A stretch of DNA of 64,000 nt from a virus (IMGVR_UViG_3300025601_000007); one strand, 5' to 3'. Counted from the stretch's first letter, positions 16,809-27,020 are shown. The notes: generated by a model from the letters alone, not told the origin. Numbers and translations are program-made.

Positions 16809-17024
16809 TTAATTTTTAGTTTTTAACTCGATTTCCTCAACTATTTTTAAACCACGACTAATTTCCTCGGTCATGCATAAGGAAAAAATATAATCATCAT
16901 CGTAATAAGCTTCAATAAATCCCCATATTGGGGTTCGCACTTTTTTATATATACTGACTCCGCCTTTAACAGCTGCTGAATCACTATAATAGCCTTGCAT
17001 CGACTGGCATGTCTCGACCATCAA
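16809..17024 (-). CDS. hypothetical protein
   Basis: ORF in run. Confidence 0.5.
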   Translation of the reverse strand: MMVETCQSMQGYYSDSAAVKGGVSIYKKVRTPIWGFIEAYYDDDYIFSLCMTEEISRGLKIVEEIELKTKN

Positions 17025-17301
17025 AGTTTATTGTGTATTGATTAAGTCCATATACGTATCCAGGATAAACCTTGTCAACCACCTTTAGGCTCCTAACGAC
17101 TTCGTACTTAGGAGTTTTTTTCTCCATCTTAAAGATATAAAGTACTAAGATGCTGATAATCGCAGGGGCAATGAGTACAAGTATAAATTTATTTATGTAT
17201 TTAATGCCCTCATTGCTATTAAACGTAAAACAGCTAGCGATAAATGCCCCAATCACTATTGCTGCTCCAAGGCCAATTAATTCAATTACTATCTCTTTCA
17301 T
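16984..17301 (-). CDS. 2-TM membrane protein
   Basis: Hydrophobic helices. Confidence 0.7.
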   Translation of the reverse strand: MKEIVIELIGLGAAIVIGAFIASCFTFNSNEGIKYINKFILVLIAPAIISILVLYIFKMEKKTPKYEVVRSLKVVDKVYPGYVYGLNQYTINFDGRDMPVDARLL

Positions 17302-17668
17302 CTAGGTCATCTTTGGTTCTGACGCTTTTGATTATCTCGTCTAAGGTCCCAGTAAATATTTCGTTTATTTTTTTCTTAGCAACAAACAAAGCTCCCTCTT
17401 CTCCATCGGTAGGATGAAGTAAATCTCGTTTCTGCTCTGCAATTTTTTGTTCTTTGCTGTATTTGTTGTGGAGTATTAGAGCAAGTATGCTAACGGCTAT
17501 GATAATTGAAGAACCTAAAATCACTGGTTCGGAGGAAACCGCAATAAGCATTGCAAAAAATACAGATATGATAATCACCACCATCGCAACTAAAGATATT
17601 GACTTTACCATCTTTGTTTGCTCTGCATTAATTATCGCCCTAACATACTCTTCTAATCTATTTTTCAT
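17282..17668 (-). CDS. 2-TM membrane protein
   Basis: Hydrophobic helices. Confidence 0.7.
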   Translation of the reverse strand: MKNRLEEYVRAIINAEQTKMVKSISLVAMVVIIISVFFAMLIAVSSEPVILGSSIIIAVSILALILHNKYSKEQKIAEQKRDLLHPTDGEEGALFVAKKKINEIFTGTLDEIIKSVRTKDDLDERDSN

Positions 17669-18411
17669 GCCAGTATTGATTTAAAAACCTCATAATTACT
17701 TCCATGTGAGTTGTGGTCATTAATTATTGGAAACACCACTTCATCAAATAGCGTTGCGTAGCTTTCATCCATCAAAACCTCTTTAAACATTCTAGCCATG
17801 TCTTCAGGGTTATTTTTAAATACTCCACACCCCCAAGCTCCAAGTATCATACACTTGACATCAAAGTTTTTTGCAGAAATAAGCATCGCTCTTATTTTCG
17901 CTTTTGTGATGGTTTCATATCCTGAAGGCTTTCCCTCGATGCAATCTACCCAACTCTCAGCTAAGGGGTCGTAGTATGATTTGCTATTTAAGTTGATAGC
18001 GGGAACCGACACAACATCAGATGTTACCCACGGGATATTTTTATAGTGAAAATCTTTCACGAAAGTTACATCGTTGGAATAAAGGAATTCTCCTGACTGA
18101 AGAGGATACATTGGCTTCAGCATGGTTTTAAAGAGGTTTGAACAGCGAAACAAAGCTTCCTCTTGAGCCTGGGCTCCATTTTCAACTCCACCTCCAGGCT
18201 TTCTGTAGGAGGCCATGTTTAAGGCGCAGGAGCGTTTGTTGTTTTCTGAGGCCTCAATAATTGCTGATACGGTGTCTGTATTCTCAACTCTAATCACTGA
18301 GTTTTTTAAAACATCAAGACCAACAACTCTAGTTTCAGCTAGACATGGAACACCGTTAAACTGATTCTTTGTGTCTTTGTAAACCGATATTAGTTCTGAA
18401 TTATTTTTCAC
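17665..18411 (-). CDS. microbial PARG / TIGR02452 (DUF2263) macrodomain ADP-ribosyl glycohydrolase
   Basis: LNMASYRKPGGG...AQEEAL.R.S.L signature; ILGAWGCGVFKN. Confidence 0.88.
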   Translation of the reverse strand: MKNNSELISVYKDTKNQFNGVPCLAETRVVGLDVLKNSVIRVENTDTVSAIIEASENNKRSCALNMASYRKPGGGVENGAQAQEEALFRCSNLFKTMLKPMYPLQSGEFLYSNDVTFVKDFHYKNIPWVTSDVVSVPAINLNSKSYYDPLAESWVDCIEGKPSGYETITKAKIRAMLISAKNFDVKCMILGAWGCGVFKNNPEDMARMFKEVLMDESYATLFDEVVFPIINDHNSHGSNYEVFKSILA

Positions 18412-18881
18412 TTTACTTCAATTGTTTTCATTTCTCTTGAAATAAGAAGAATGTCTTCTGATTGTCGATACTCGAACTTATTGCCCCACCAATCTGCGCT
18501 GAAAAGCCCCCACACCTGAGGTTTGAATACTTGATAAACCATGCAAGAATCGTAATCGCTGTTTTTCTGCACCATTCTTTCGTCAAAAAAATCTATAAAC
18601 ACTTCTGCTGATTTCCAGTTCGAATCATGTTTAAAGAAATAAGCTTGTTGAGACTTGCTCCATTCCAGAGGGAGTTTTTCGACAAGTTCAAACTGTTGCG
18701 AATTATAATTCGCAACAGCACTCCAACGAGATGATAGTGCTACAAAAGTAAAAAGCGATGTTACAGCTAGTAACCAGCCAGCGATAATTATTATTTTTCT
18801 ATTTGTAGAATTGAACCCAATTTTCATGCCGATAATCACACAAAAAGTAAGCACTAATAAGGGTATAAAGATATCTATCAT
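18408..18881 (-). CDS. 2-TM membrane protein, paralogue family
   Basis: Same architecture as 16346, 20157, 20705. Confidence 0.75.
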   Translation of the reverse strand: MIDIFIPLLVLTFCVIIGMKIGFNSTNRKIIIIAGWLLAVTSLFTFVALSSRWSAVANYNSQQFELVEKLPLEWSKSQQAYFFKHDSNWKSAEVFIDFFDERMVQKNSDYDSCMVYQVFKPQVWGLFSADWWGNKFEYRQSEDILLISREMKTIEVK

Positions 18882-18952
18882 TTTTATATTTTTAATTACG
18901 CTCTATGTTGATTGCGCATTCAATTAGTATACGTTTGATTGCTAAAAAGGTT

Positions 18953-19678
18953 TCAATAAATATCGTAAGACTCCCCTGGTTTTAAAGCTTTTAAAATCAA
19001 TTCTTTTTCACTGCTTCTTCGAGCATTTAAGGTTAACTCAAGCAAGTCGTTTCCAGTTCCAGATTGAGCTGTTCTAGAGATGTATGTAATACGAAAGAGG
19101 TCATCATTTATCCCTACATAATCTCCTTGTTTTATTTTTCTGGATATTTCTTTATCGCAATTGCAGCACGCCACTATTGGCAAACTGTCTGGACGCATGG
19201 AGAACTTAGTGATTTGAGCTTTTCCTTTGGATTCAAAAAAGTTTTCCTGGGGAGTGCTGTCGAGTGCTTCTTGAATCTTGTCTTGGGTGTCGCGCTCTCG
19301 ACACTTTATCTCATGTGTTAAATGCTGGTAAGGTTTGTCATTTAAAAGAGCATCATCAACCTGTTGTTCAGTTACTTCTTTCTGAGTGTTATTGTATTCG
19401 GTTTCAATATTTTTCTTTATTTGCATGGCTAAGTCTCCGCCTAATGAGCCTTTAATTGATTTCAAAGTCACAGCGACAGCATCTGCCGCAGCTATTTCTA
19501 CTCTTAAAGCGTTTCCGTTCTTAAAGACTGACTCAATCTCTCTTCGCACGCGTCTTCTAATCATTCCAATACAGTTGTGAACATGAGACGCATCCATATT
19601 TATAAGCTTAATAAGCGCCCCATCTGCGGTCTTCCAGGTGTGGTCTCGACCCTCATCTGCTGTCTCTTTTTTGTTCAT
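18953..19678 (-). CDS. hypothetical protein
   Basis: 241-aa ORF. Confidence 0.75.
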   Translation of the reverse strand: MNKKETADEGRDHTWKTADGALIKLINMDASHVHNCIGMIRRRVRREIESVFKNGNALRVEIAAADAVAVTLKSIKGSLGGDLAMQIKKNIETEYNNTQKEVTEQQVDDALLNDKPYQHLTHEIKCRERDTQDKIQEALDSTPQENFFESKGKAQITKFSMRPDSLPIVACCNCDKEISRKIKQGDYVGINDDLFRITYISRTAQSGTGNDLLELTLNARRSSEKELILKALKPGESYDIY

Positions 19679-20194
19679 CTATTTTGGCGTTTTTACTTTA
19701 TTCTTTTCTTTAAATTTAGAGTACGCATTCACTCCCATCTCAGTAGCTGCTTTTCCAACAGTGAAAGCTATGTCTGACTTTTCTTTGATGTCTTTAACTT
19801 TTTGGTAAGGTCGAGAGACCATCCAGAAACTAAACCATCCGTATGCCACAGCTATGAAGAAAGCTAGTTTGATAACTCCCCAAGCAAGAGGGAACACAAT
19901 CAACCCTTCCATGCCTATGACTGCCATGACGCTGCTGTAGACTCCGTAACCGAACAACGCTGTCATGATTCCGAACACCCACATCCCTACTTTATAGGTT
20001 ATACCGAGAACTCTGAATACTCCTCGAAGAAACCAGGAGATACCATTACCCACTGCTTTAAGAGTTTTTATTGAGAACAGAAATCTGAAGAAATCTTTTA
20101 TTCCTCCCCAAATTGCTTTACCTGTTGACTTTTTGGGTTGTGAAGTGTTTGTCATGTCAATGATTTTCGTTATCTGTGGAGTCTTTTCTTGCAA
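19679..20194 (-). CDS. multi-TM membrane protein
   Basis: Central hydrophobic helices. Confidence 0.75.
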   Translation of the reverse strand: MQEKTPQITKIIDMTNTSQPKKSTGKAIWGGIKDFFRFLFSIKTLKAVGNGISWFLRGVFRVLGITYKVGMWVFGIMTALFGYGVYSSVMAVIGMEGLIVFPLAWGVIKLAFFIAVAYGWFSFWMVSRPYQKVKDIKEKSDIAFTVGKAATEMGVNAYSKFKEKNKVKTPK

Positions 20195-20708
20195 TAAATC
20201 CTCCTGCAGGGTTTATATCCAGCATTATTTTGTCGTTAACGGCTTGAAGAGAGTCAATCAAGAAAATGTTTTGTCGCTTTTTTAAGACTATGTAGCTGTC
20301 TGTGCCCCAAGACATTTTTGCTCCTATTGTTTCATAGTGGTAGATAAACAATGTGTCGTCTTTTGCTACAAACTCGGAGGTTAGTTGGGAAACCTTAGTG
20401 TATGCTTCGTTTTTAAATACGTACAATTTGTTGTTTTCAGAGCGAAACTCCACAGGAAAAGTTTCTATCCGCATGATTGGGCGTTTTTTTATTTCAACCT
20501 TTTTTGAAGCTGAGTGTATGCACTCAGCTACGCCGACTATTCCTATTAAAAAGGAAACAACTGGTATAAACTTCCACATTGATTTAAACGAGGAAGGAAA
20601 AGGATTATCTGAAAAATAAATAATAGCTCCCACTATTATTAGAATAGTGGATATAATCAAAACAGCAGGGCCGTATAGAATTTCTTCTGTTATTTTTTCG
20701 AGTATCAT
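20157..20708 (-). CDS. 2-TM membrane protein, paralogue family
   Basis: See 16346. Confidence 0.75.
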   Translation of the reverse strand: MILEKITEEILYGPAVLIISTILIIVGAIIYFSDNPFPSSFKSMWKFIPVVSFLIGIVGVAECIHSASKKVEIKKRPIMRIETFPVEFRSENNKLYVFKNEAYTKVSQLTSEFVAKDDTLFIYHYETIGAKMSWGTDSYIVLKKRQNIFLIDSLQAVNDKIMLDINPAGGFIARKDSTDNENH

Positions 20709-21166
20709 TTTATTTCTACTTTTATTGATTGGTTGATTCTTGCATCTGCTCCATGAACAAAGTGAGTTTTGGGCTCATTAGATAAAATTAATCCCCACTG
20801 ACTTATGTAAGTTTTTTCATAGACACTGACATATGGAATGTCTTTGATTCTGTCTTTTGAGATGTAGTCTCCAACCTGCTCAGGGCAGGCGTCTCTAAGC
20901 CTGATGGGTTGACCTAAATGGTTGATGTAGTATTCCGAATCTGCTTGATTCCATGTAATTTTAAGTTCTCCGCTTAGTTTATATCTGGCGCTGGACTCTA
21001 GCATTGGGTGCACAAATATGCTCATCAGGCCCAGTAATAATATTGAGCCCAAAGATACAACCGCACAAATAATTGATTTCTTCTTAGATTTATCTTCAAA
21101 AAAAGAATAAATCAAGGAAGATAATAGAATCATAATAAGCAGGACAAATGGGATGTAATAATTCAT
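20705..21166 (-). CDS. 2-TM membrane protein, paralogue family
   Basis: See 16346; downstream of ECF promoter 21185. Confidence 0.75.
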   Translation of the reverse strand: MNYYIPFVLLIMILLSSLIYSFFEDKSKKKSIICAVVSLGSILLLGLMSIFVHPMLESSARYKLSGELKITWNQADSEYYINHLGQPIRLRDACPEQVGDYISKDRIKDIPYVSVYEKTYISQWGLILSNEPKTHFVHGADARINQSIKVEIK

Positions 21167-21230
21167 TCTAGGTTTTTATAACAATATACGGTGATAAACG
21201 AAAAAAGTTTCTTCGCTTGAGTGTATGCTT

Positions 21231-21572
21231 TTATGAGAATTTAAAGTTGGCGAAATTGCCCACATCTGTCAGGATGCGTAAATTCATAGGTTTTCCGCAG
21301 ATGTCGTAGAAGACTGCTGCCCCATAACTTTTTCCGTCTTTGTACTGGCGTTCCTCTAAGAGTCTGCCATTTGAAAAAGTTTGCACGGTTCCGTGAAATT
21401 TACCGTGGTCATTCATTGGGATTTTAGCCCTTATTTGGTCTCCAACAGAGTCCCACTCGTTTTCGGTGGTGCTATATTGGTTTGGCATAACATTGATAAT
21501 CGGGAATGCGTTTTTTTTAAATATCATCGGAGGCGAATTAGATGCCAAAGCGGTATGAAAACTAAGGGCCAA
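21231..21572 (-). CDS. MORN-variant repeat protein
   Basis: GKFHG...F.NGRLLEERQYKDGK..G...FY pattern. Confidence 0.6.
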   Translation of the reverse strand: MALSFHTALASNSPPMIFKKNAFPIINVMPNQYSTTENEWDSVGDQIRAKIPMNDHGKFHGTVQTFSNGRLLEERQYKDGKSYGAAVFYDICGKPMNLRILTDVGNFANFKFS

Positions 21573-21790
21573 ACGACTACACCGCCCACGGCTATTGTGG
21601 ATGATATAACTATTTTTAGAAGAATTTCTCCGTCTGGGGTTTCTGAGTGCACTCTAGCACTTTTTTTTATAATGTCCTGGACTGATAGGTACTTTTCAGG
21701 CTTGTTCTTGCTCATTCTGTCGAAGAACTTAAAAAAAACAAAACTAACAACCACTCCAACAATCAACCATAAAAGCAATGGCTTAATCAA
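21524..21790 (-). CDS. small membrane protein
   Basis: Two hydrophobic segments. Confidence 0.65.
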   Translation of the reverse strand: MIKPLLLWLIVGVVVSFVFFKFFDRMSKNKPEKYLSVQDIIKKSARVHSETPDGEILLKIVISSTIAVGGVVVWPLVFIPLWHLIRLR

Positions 21791-22152
21791 TTGGGTTCAT
21801 CATCTTTGTTGTAAGCATTTTTCTCGCCAGTATACTTACCATCTTCGTCAGTAAACTTTTTAAAAATCTCACTAAATTCTCTAGAAATTCCTCTTGCTCC
21901 TTTTTCAGTGTATTTCTTGCTGTCTTTCAAGATATCTCCGATTTTGTCTCCAGCTTTAACTGCAACTCTACCCAGTCTTCGTGCGGCCACCCCACCCATC
22001 TGATTGTTACACCAGTCTGTGATATCGACTTTGGCATCATCGGATGTGTTTTCAAATATGGATTTAATAATTCCAATTCTAGTCTCTTCGGGCATATCAG
22101 AAGTCATTTTAGAAATGATTTCTATTTTTGCTTTTTTCTCTTGTGAATCCAT
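21787..22152 (-). CDS. hypothetical protein
   Basis: Downstream of ECF promoter 22172. Confidence 0.75.
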   Translation of the reverse strand: MDSQEKKAKIEIISKMTSDMPEETRIGIIKSIFENTSDDAKVDITDWCNNQMGGVAARRLGRVAVKAGDKIGDILKDSKKYTEKGARGISREFSEIFKKFTDEDGKYTGEKNAYNKDDEPN

Positions 22153-22183
22153 TTAGGCTCTTTTTTGAGAATATACGTAGAAT

Positions 22184-22528
22184 TTAGCTTTTTGTTTCGC
22201 TTAAAGTAAATTTCTTTTCAAAGTCTTTTTTGTCTCTCGTGTATAATTCTCCATCCTTCAAAGACTTATAGTTAACACACTTTTGCCACGCGCCGCATTC
22301 TGGGTTTTTCATTTTGCCTTCAGATATTACCTCATAGGAGTTGCCTTTGTAGTGTCTAATTTCAGGCTTCACTTCAGGACTTAACATCTCCATTACCGCA
22401 TCTATTGCATCGTAAAGATTTGTCTGCTCATTAACCGCTGTTGTAATTCTAGAGGCTGTGTCACGTATTGATTCCATTAATATATAAGTTGGTACGCTGC
22501 AAAAATAGTTATTATAAGTTTTAATCAA
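22184..22528 (-). CDS. DUF1653-like domain protein
   Basis: RHYKGNSYEV...V.YKSL.DGELYTR...F. Confidence 0.7.
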   Translation of the reverse strand: MIKTYNNYFCSVPTYILMESIRDTASRITTAVNEQTNLYDAIDAVMEMLSPEVKPEIRHYKGNSYEVISEGKMKNPECGAWQKCVNYKSLKDGELYTRDKKDFEKKFTLSETKS

Positions 22529-22643
22529 AACTATAATTGCTTATCTTTGTTGATGGAGTGAAGATATAGATATTTGGAGCTATTTGCGAAACGTGCAAGC
22601 AAGAGACACGGAGAGGATAGATTTACTTTTAAAAAATAAAAAA

Positions 22644-23210
22644 ATGCAAAATATTATATTATTAGGGATGCCAGGCTCAGGAAAAGGAACAATGGGTAAG
22701 ATGCTTGTTGAAGAGTTTGGGTTTATACATTTATCTACTGGAGACCTAATTAGAGCTGAGCAGGAAAAGAAAAGCAAAATAGGTCTACTGGCTGACAGAC
22801 TAATCGACCAGGGAAATTTTCTTCCAGACCAAGTTGTTATTCAAATGTTCCAGAAGTTTATTTATGACAACCCAACAAGTATAGGGTATGTTTTTGATGG
22901 GTACCCAAGAACAAAAGACCAGGCCAAGAATCTTCACGCGTTTCTACTGAAATCTAAAATGCCTTTGACTGCTGCTGTGTACTTAGAATTAGAGAAAATG
23001 GAGGCGGTAGAGCGAATTTTAAAGCGAGCAAAGATAGAAGGCCGAAAAGACGATAAGAAGCCTGTTATTGAAAATCGAGTTGAATTATATAAAAAAATGA
23101 CTTTGCCTTTAGTGAAGTTTTTTGACGACATGAAAAAGCTCGTTCGAGTTGATTCAAGCGGGACGGCTGCTGAACATTACATAAAGCTTAAAACTGCGTT
23201 GGGAATATGA
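22644..23210 (+). CDS. adk: adenylate kinase
   Basis: NIILLGMPGSGKGT, HLSTGDLIR, FDGYPRT, GRKDD. Confidence 0.95.
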   Translation: MQNIILLGMPGSGKGTMGKMLVEEFGFIHLSTGDLIRAEQEKKSKIGLLADRLIDQGNFLPDQVVIQMFQKFIYDNPTSIGYVFDGYPRTKDQAKNLHAFLLKSKMPLTAAVYLELEKMEAVERILKRAKIEGRKDDKKPVIENRVELYKKMTLPLVKFFDDMKKLVRVDSSGTAAEHYIKLKTALGI

Positions 23211-23821
23211 AAAGAACATGCTCAATGATAATGGCTTGCGGCTATAATGGCGAGCTTGGGTTTTTAAACGATTTACTTTGGGAGCTTCCAAGAGATATGA
23301 AGCACTTTGTTAAGACCACAAGAGGGGCAAATGTGTTCATGGGCAGAAAGACATACGAAAGTCTGCCAAAAGAGCTTGCAGCGCTTCCTGGTAGGTCTAA
23401 TTTTGTTATCTCATCTAATCCTGGCAAAGTAAAACAGGAGTATGATTCAAGAGCATTAGAAAATATTGCTCAGCTAAAAAGCGAGCAGAGTCAAAAAGTT
23501 AAGCATTTATTTAATGCAGAGCGTTCTTTAGAAAGAGCGATTACAAAAGCTGTCTCAGAAGCAGATAACCCTGATTATTTCGACAAGAAAAACATTATCA
23601 TTGGAGGAGGAAGTGTTTATGAGTACGCTCTAAGCAAGAGTCTTGTAAAAACTATACACAGGACTGTCGTCCATGATAGCTTTCATAAGGCAGATGTAAG
23701 GCTGTTAAACATGAACTTGGAAGACTATGGGTTTGTAATAGCTAAAAGCCAGCACTTCGCACCAGACGACGAAAATAAAATTGGAATGAGCATTGAGGAA
23801 TGGATTCACAGCTCTCTATAA
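23207..23821 (+). CDS. dfr: dihydrofolate reductase
   Basis: G.LG..N.L.W.LPRDMKHF..T, MGRKTYESLP, LPGRSNFVIS, IIGGGSVY. Confidence 0.93.
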   Translation: MKRTCSMIMACGYNGELGFLNDLLWELPRDMKHFVKTTRGANVFMGRKTYESLPKELAALPGRSNFVISSNPGKVKQEYDSRALENIAQLKSEQSQKVKHLFNAERSLERAITKAVSEADNPDYFDKKNIIIGGGSVYEYALSKSLVKTIHRTVVHDSFHKADVRLLNMNLEDYGFVIAKSQHFAPDDENKIGMSIEEWIHSSL

Positions 23822-23942
23822 TAATGTAATATCAATACATTGAGTGTGAACGTTGGAGACATAAGAAGCACTGACTTATTCAGTGATTTAGACATCCCGT
23901 TGATAAGTGAGCAAAATCTGCTTAGGAAGCATAAAAAAGGTT

Positions 23943-24401
23943 TTACGCTAATTTTTCAAGCTCTTCGTATACGGTTTTTATTTCAGACATTGCATGTGGA
24001 AGTCGAGACTCAACGCTTGCAAGTTGAGCCTTATCGACTTCATCCAAAGTCTCTTCTTTCGCTTTATACTCAAAAAATGCCTTGATTATAGAAAAAGGCA
24101 TTCTAAGTCGCTCTATAGGATTGAATCCAGCTTGGTTTTCATAATATTTAAGAAGCTCTCTAATGAATCCAGGGCTCCATTTTGAGTCTTCTTCTGAGAA
24201 CTGGTAGGCACTATCATAGACCTTCTTCAGCTTGCTTACTATTGATTCCAATTGCTCATCGTTGCTTGATTTTTGGATGGCTGATGCTGTTTCTATTTTC
24301 TCCTCTTTTGTGAGGTGATATTCTGTATATATATCAAGAGTTGCTGCCATTTGCTTGTTTGATAATAACAGTGCTTGAATTATTTCTTTTGGATTTTCCA
24401 T
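23943..24401 (-). CDS. hypothetical protein
   Basis: 152-aa ORF. Confidence 0.75.
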   Translation of the reverse strand: MENPKEIIQALLLSNKQMAATLDIYTEYHLTKEEKIETASAIQKSSNDEQLESIVSKLKKVYDSAYQFSEEDSKWSPGFIRELLKYYENQAGFNPIERLRMPFSIIKAFFEYKAKEETLDEVDKAQLASVESRLPHAMSEIKTVYEELEKLA

Positions 24402-24899
24402 TTATCTTAATAATAACAGGATTAAAAGTACTCCTCCTCCAATTATGGCGGACCACTTCATAAATTTTTGCCTTCTAATTTCTTTTTTTTGCAAAGTTAT
24501 CATAGAGTCTTTGGTGTCCATTAATCCTTGATTATTGTTGGCCCGTTCCAGCTCTGCTTCATAGCTTAGCATTGCAGCTTCATAATTTTGAATCAACCTG
24601 AGGTTGGTAGCTTCTAACTCGCTTACTGTTCTGACGTTTAAAGAATCAGTTTCTTCAAGCTCTCTAATAGTGATTAGCGCTGTTGAGTCTATAGCAGCGG
24701 AGCTTGATATCCCTATTAATTGATTATACGTTAGCACATATGCTGTCTTGTTAAACAGGACGACTTTATAGGGAAACGACTCAGAAGGGTCAATGTGAAT
24801 TGTTACTGGTATTTTACCATTCACAAGTGTGTCTAAGGTGTATTGTGACTTAGCCGTGAAGCTTAGTAGCACAACAACTATCATAATTATCTGTTTCAT
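24402..24899 (-). CDS. signal-peptide + coiled-coil + C-terminal TM protein (spanin-like?)
   Basis: N-terminal signal, C-terminal hydrophobic tail. Confidence 0.6.
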   Translation of the reverse strand: MKQIIMIVVVLLSFTAKSQYTLDTLVNGKIPVTIHIDPSESFPYKVVLFNKTAYVLTYNQLIGISSSAAIDSTALITIRELEETDSLNVRTVSELEATNLRLIQNYEAAMLSYEAELERANNNQGLMDTKDSMITLQKKEIRRQKFMKWSAIIGGGVLLILLLLR

Positions 24900-25327
24900 T
24901 CTTTTATTCCTCTTGACTTAAGAAAATTTCTCACCCAATCCAGGAGCTCATCTTCTCCCATGTCTTCGAATTGTTCGTCTATGGCTCTCATTTCCTCTTT
25001 GAGTTCTTCTACTTTTTTACGACGCTCGTATGTCTGTTTTTTAAGTTTACCAATCTCCTCTATATTTGCAATGATTTCAGCATTATTGTTTTCGATGATA
25101 CCCATATAGTTTGCAATTTTTGACTCAAGCTCTTTGTTGGCATCTTCCACTTCTCTCATTTCTGTTTTGTGCTGTTTCTTTAGAAGACTCAGCTCCAAAG
25201 CATTCGAACCTGGTTTGCTTGTGTTGAAAAGCAAAAACGCTCCAACCATAACCACCAGGAGTAGAATCAAGATTGTCTTGAGGTCTATTCCCTTTAGGAA
25301 TGCTTTTAAAAAATCAAATGCTGTCAT
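24896..25327 (-). CDS. N-terminal TM + coiled-coil protein (i-spanin-like?)
   Basis: TM followed by heptad-rich helix. Confidence 0.6.
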   Translation of the reverse strand: MTAFDFLKAFLKGIDLKTILILLLVVMVGAFLLFNTSKPGSNALELSLLKKQHKTEMREVEDANKELESKIANYMGIIENNNAEIIANIEEIGKLKKQTYERRKKVEELKEEMRAIDEQFEDMGEDELLDWVRNFLKSRGIKE

Positions 25328-25348
25328 CGTGTTAAAATAAAAAGGTTA

Positions 25349-25504
25349 TTAATCCAGTCTCCACCAGTTGTACTGTTGAGCTGTTTTTCTTGTATGACAA
25401 TTTGCACAAACTGGTTCACATTTCTTTATTTCTTCCATTACTTTTTTCCATTTATAGCTCTTTATCATATAGGAGATATCATGTTTTTTAATTTTAAGTA
25501 GGGA
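25349..25504 (-). pseudogene. HNH endonuclease C-terminal remnant
   Basis: Open frame ...HDISYM...EEIKKCEPVCANCHTRKT; N-terminal half missing. Confidence 0.65.
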
Positions 25505-25583
25505 CTAAAATTAAAACCAAGAATTTGCCGTCCTGCCGCTATTCTCTCGCGCACCTAACCGTGTTTTTGTAAATAACTTTTAA

Positions 25584-26651
25584 TTATTCCCAGTCGATAA
25601 GACGTCTGGATTCCATCAAAAGTTGGTTTACGTGTTCCGCATCAATACTATCTGGCAAGTCGCAGTCAGCAAAGGCTTGTCGCATCTTGTCGATTCCCGC
25701 TTCGGCTTGGGTTAGAATTTCTTCCAAATCCACTTCCCCTTTTCGGATAGAAATAAGGTATTCAGCGTTTGGCCGTTTGATATTGATTGTCTTTTGTTCT
25801 GCAATCTCTACAGCTTCATCAATAAGCCTCATGCAGTGAAGCATGTTTTTCCCATCAATCTTTTGACCATGATTTTTAAGGTCAACGTATCTTTGGGTGT
25901 TGCGTTCTTTCAACCAAACTTCATACGATTTGTAATCAGTTGAGTGTTGCATGAACCCATCCTTGTTGTAGTGAACCATTGTAGCTGGGATTTCTCCCTT
26001 GGGCACACTGCTTAATTTCAAAGCATAGTTCTTCCCTTCTATTCCTCGATAAACCAAATCTGGGTTCTCGGAATAGTACATATTGTATCCGTCTCTGAAG
26101 TGAGGAAGATTAACCAGGCCGCACTTGTCTGGGTCCATTCCCATAGAACTTAGGTATTCCAACAGTGGAATTGATTTACCGCCATCATATGCATAGCAGA
26201 AGTCAATCAAAGACTTCTTTGAGACTCTATCTCGTTCCCAGTTCATCTTTTTCTCTAAGCCACGCGCTTTTTTGATTTGTTGGATTGCATATCCAGCAAA
26301 GCTATGACGACATGCTTTTGTTAGAAAAGCATCTCGATTATCAATAAGATGTTGGAATGCAGGGTGTACGTGTTTCACACAGTCCTCAGGCATCCACAGC
26401 AATTCAATCACTGTAGGATTTGCCGATTGGGCTAGTTGTACGAATCTTTTAAGCTCAAAGTACTCTTCGTCTTTGCTCACTCGCTTTTGCTCTCGATACC
26501 CAAAACTCATTAAGTCTTCTGGGTGCTGAGCATAAACTCCCTTCATATCAACATCGGAGCCCTCAACAGCTGTGCCGTAGGCTTGACTACCAATAATTGT
26601 TTCGAATAAGAGTTGCTCTCTTGAGTTCATTTTGCTGTGCTTTATATACAC
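25584..26651 (-). CDS. Pol-beta-family nucleotidyltransferase (PF10127/RlaP-like)
   Basis: IGSQAYG....SDVDMKGVY; KNMLHCMRL. Confidence 0.85.
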   Translation of the reverse strand: MYIKHSKMNSREQLLFETIIGSQAYGTAVEGSDVDMKGVYAQHPEDLMSFGYREQKRVSKDEEYFELKRFVQLAQSANPTVIELLWMPEDCVKHVHPAFQHLIDNRDAFLTKACRHSFAGYAIQQIKKARGLEKKMNWERDRVSKKSLIDFCYAYDGGKSIPLLEYLSSMGMDPDKCGLVNLPHFRDGYNMYYSENPDLVYRGIEGKNYALKLSSVPKGEIPATMVHYNKDGFMQHSTDYKSYEVWLKERNTQRYVDLKNHGQKIDGKNMLHCMRLIDEAVEIAEQKTINIKRPNAEYLISIRKGEVDLEEILTQAEAGIDKMRQAFADCDLPDSIDAEHVNQLLMESRRLIDWE

Positions 26652-26706
26652 TCACAGCAAATATAATCATAATTCTTATTAAATCAAACTCTGCTTTGGA
26701 GGTAAA

Positions 26707-26973
26707 TTATTTAGCGCTCCCTCTTGTATCAATCGCTGATTTTGGAGGCAGGCCTAGCGGTCCTTTTTTAGATTGCAATGGGCATTCACAGAACGCTACT
26801 CCCTTTTTGTATTCCAACAGTGTAATTGAGGTTACCGATAAATTGTGTTCCATAACTTCTTTGGCAAAACTGTTTTTAGATTTGACATTCATCTTGTGTT
26901 CAATTGCAGCTCTCACCACTCCTTGACAAGTTTGGCATGTGCTCATTTTTACTTTTACATCTTCTGTACTCAT
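26707..26973 (-). CDS. small Cys-containing protein
   Basis: CxxC and CxC. Confidence 0.6.
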   Translation of the reverse strand: MSTEDVKVKMSTCQTCQGVVRAAIEHKMNVKSKNSFAKEVMEHNLSVTSITLLEYKKGVAFCECPLQSKKGPLGLPPKSAIDTRGSAK

Positions 26974-27020
26974 TCTGCTACTTTTTCTTCAAGCCATAAA
27001 AAGTCATGGCTCACTTTTGT

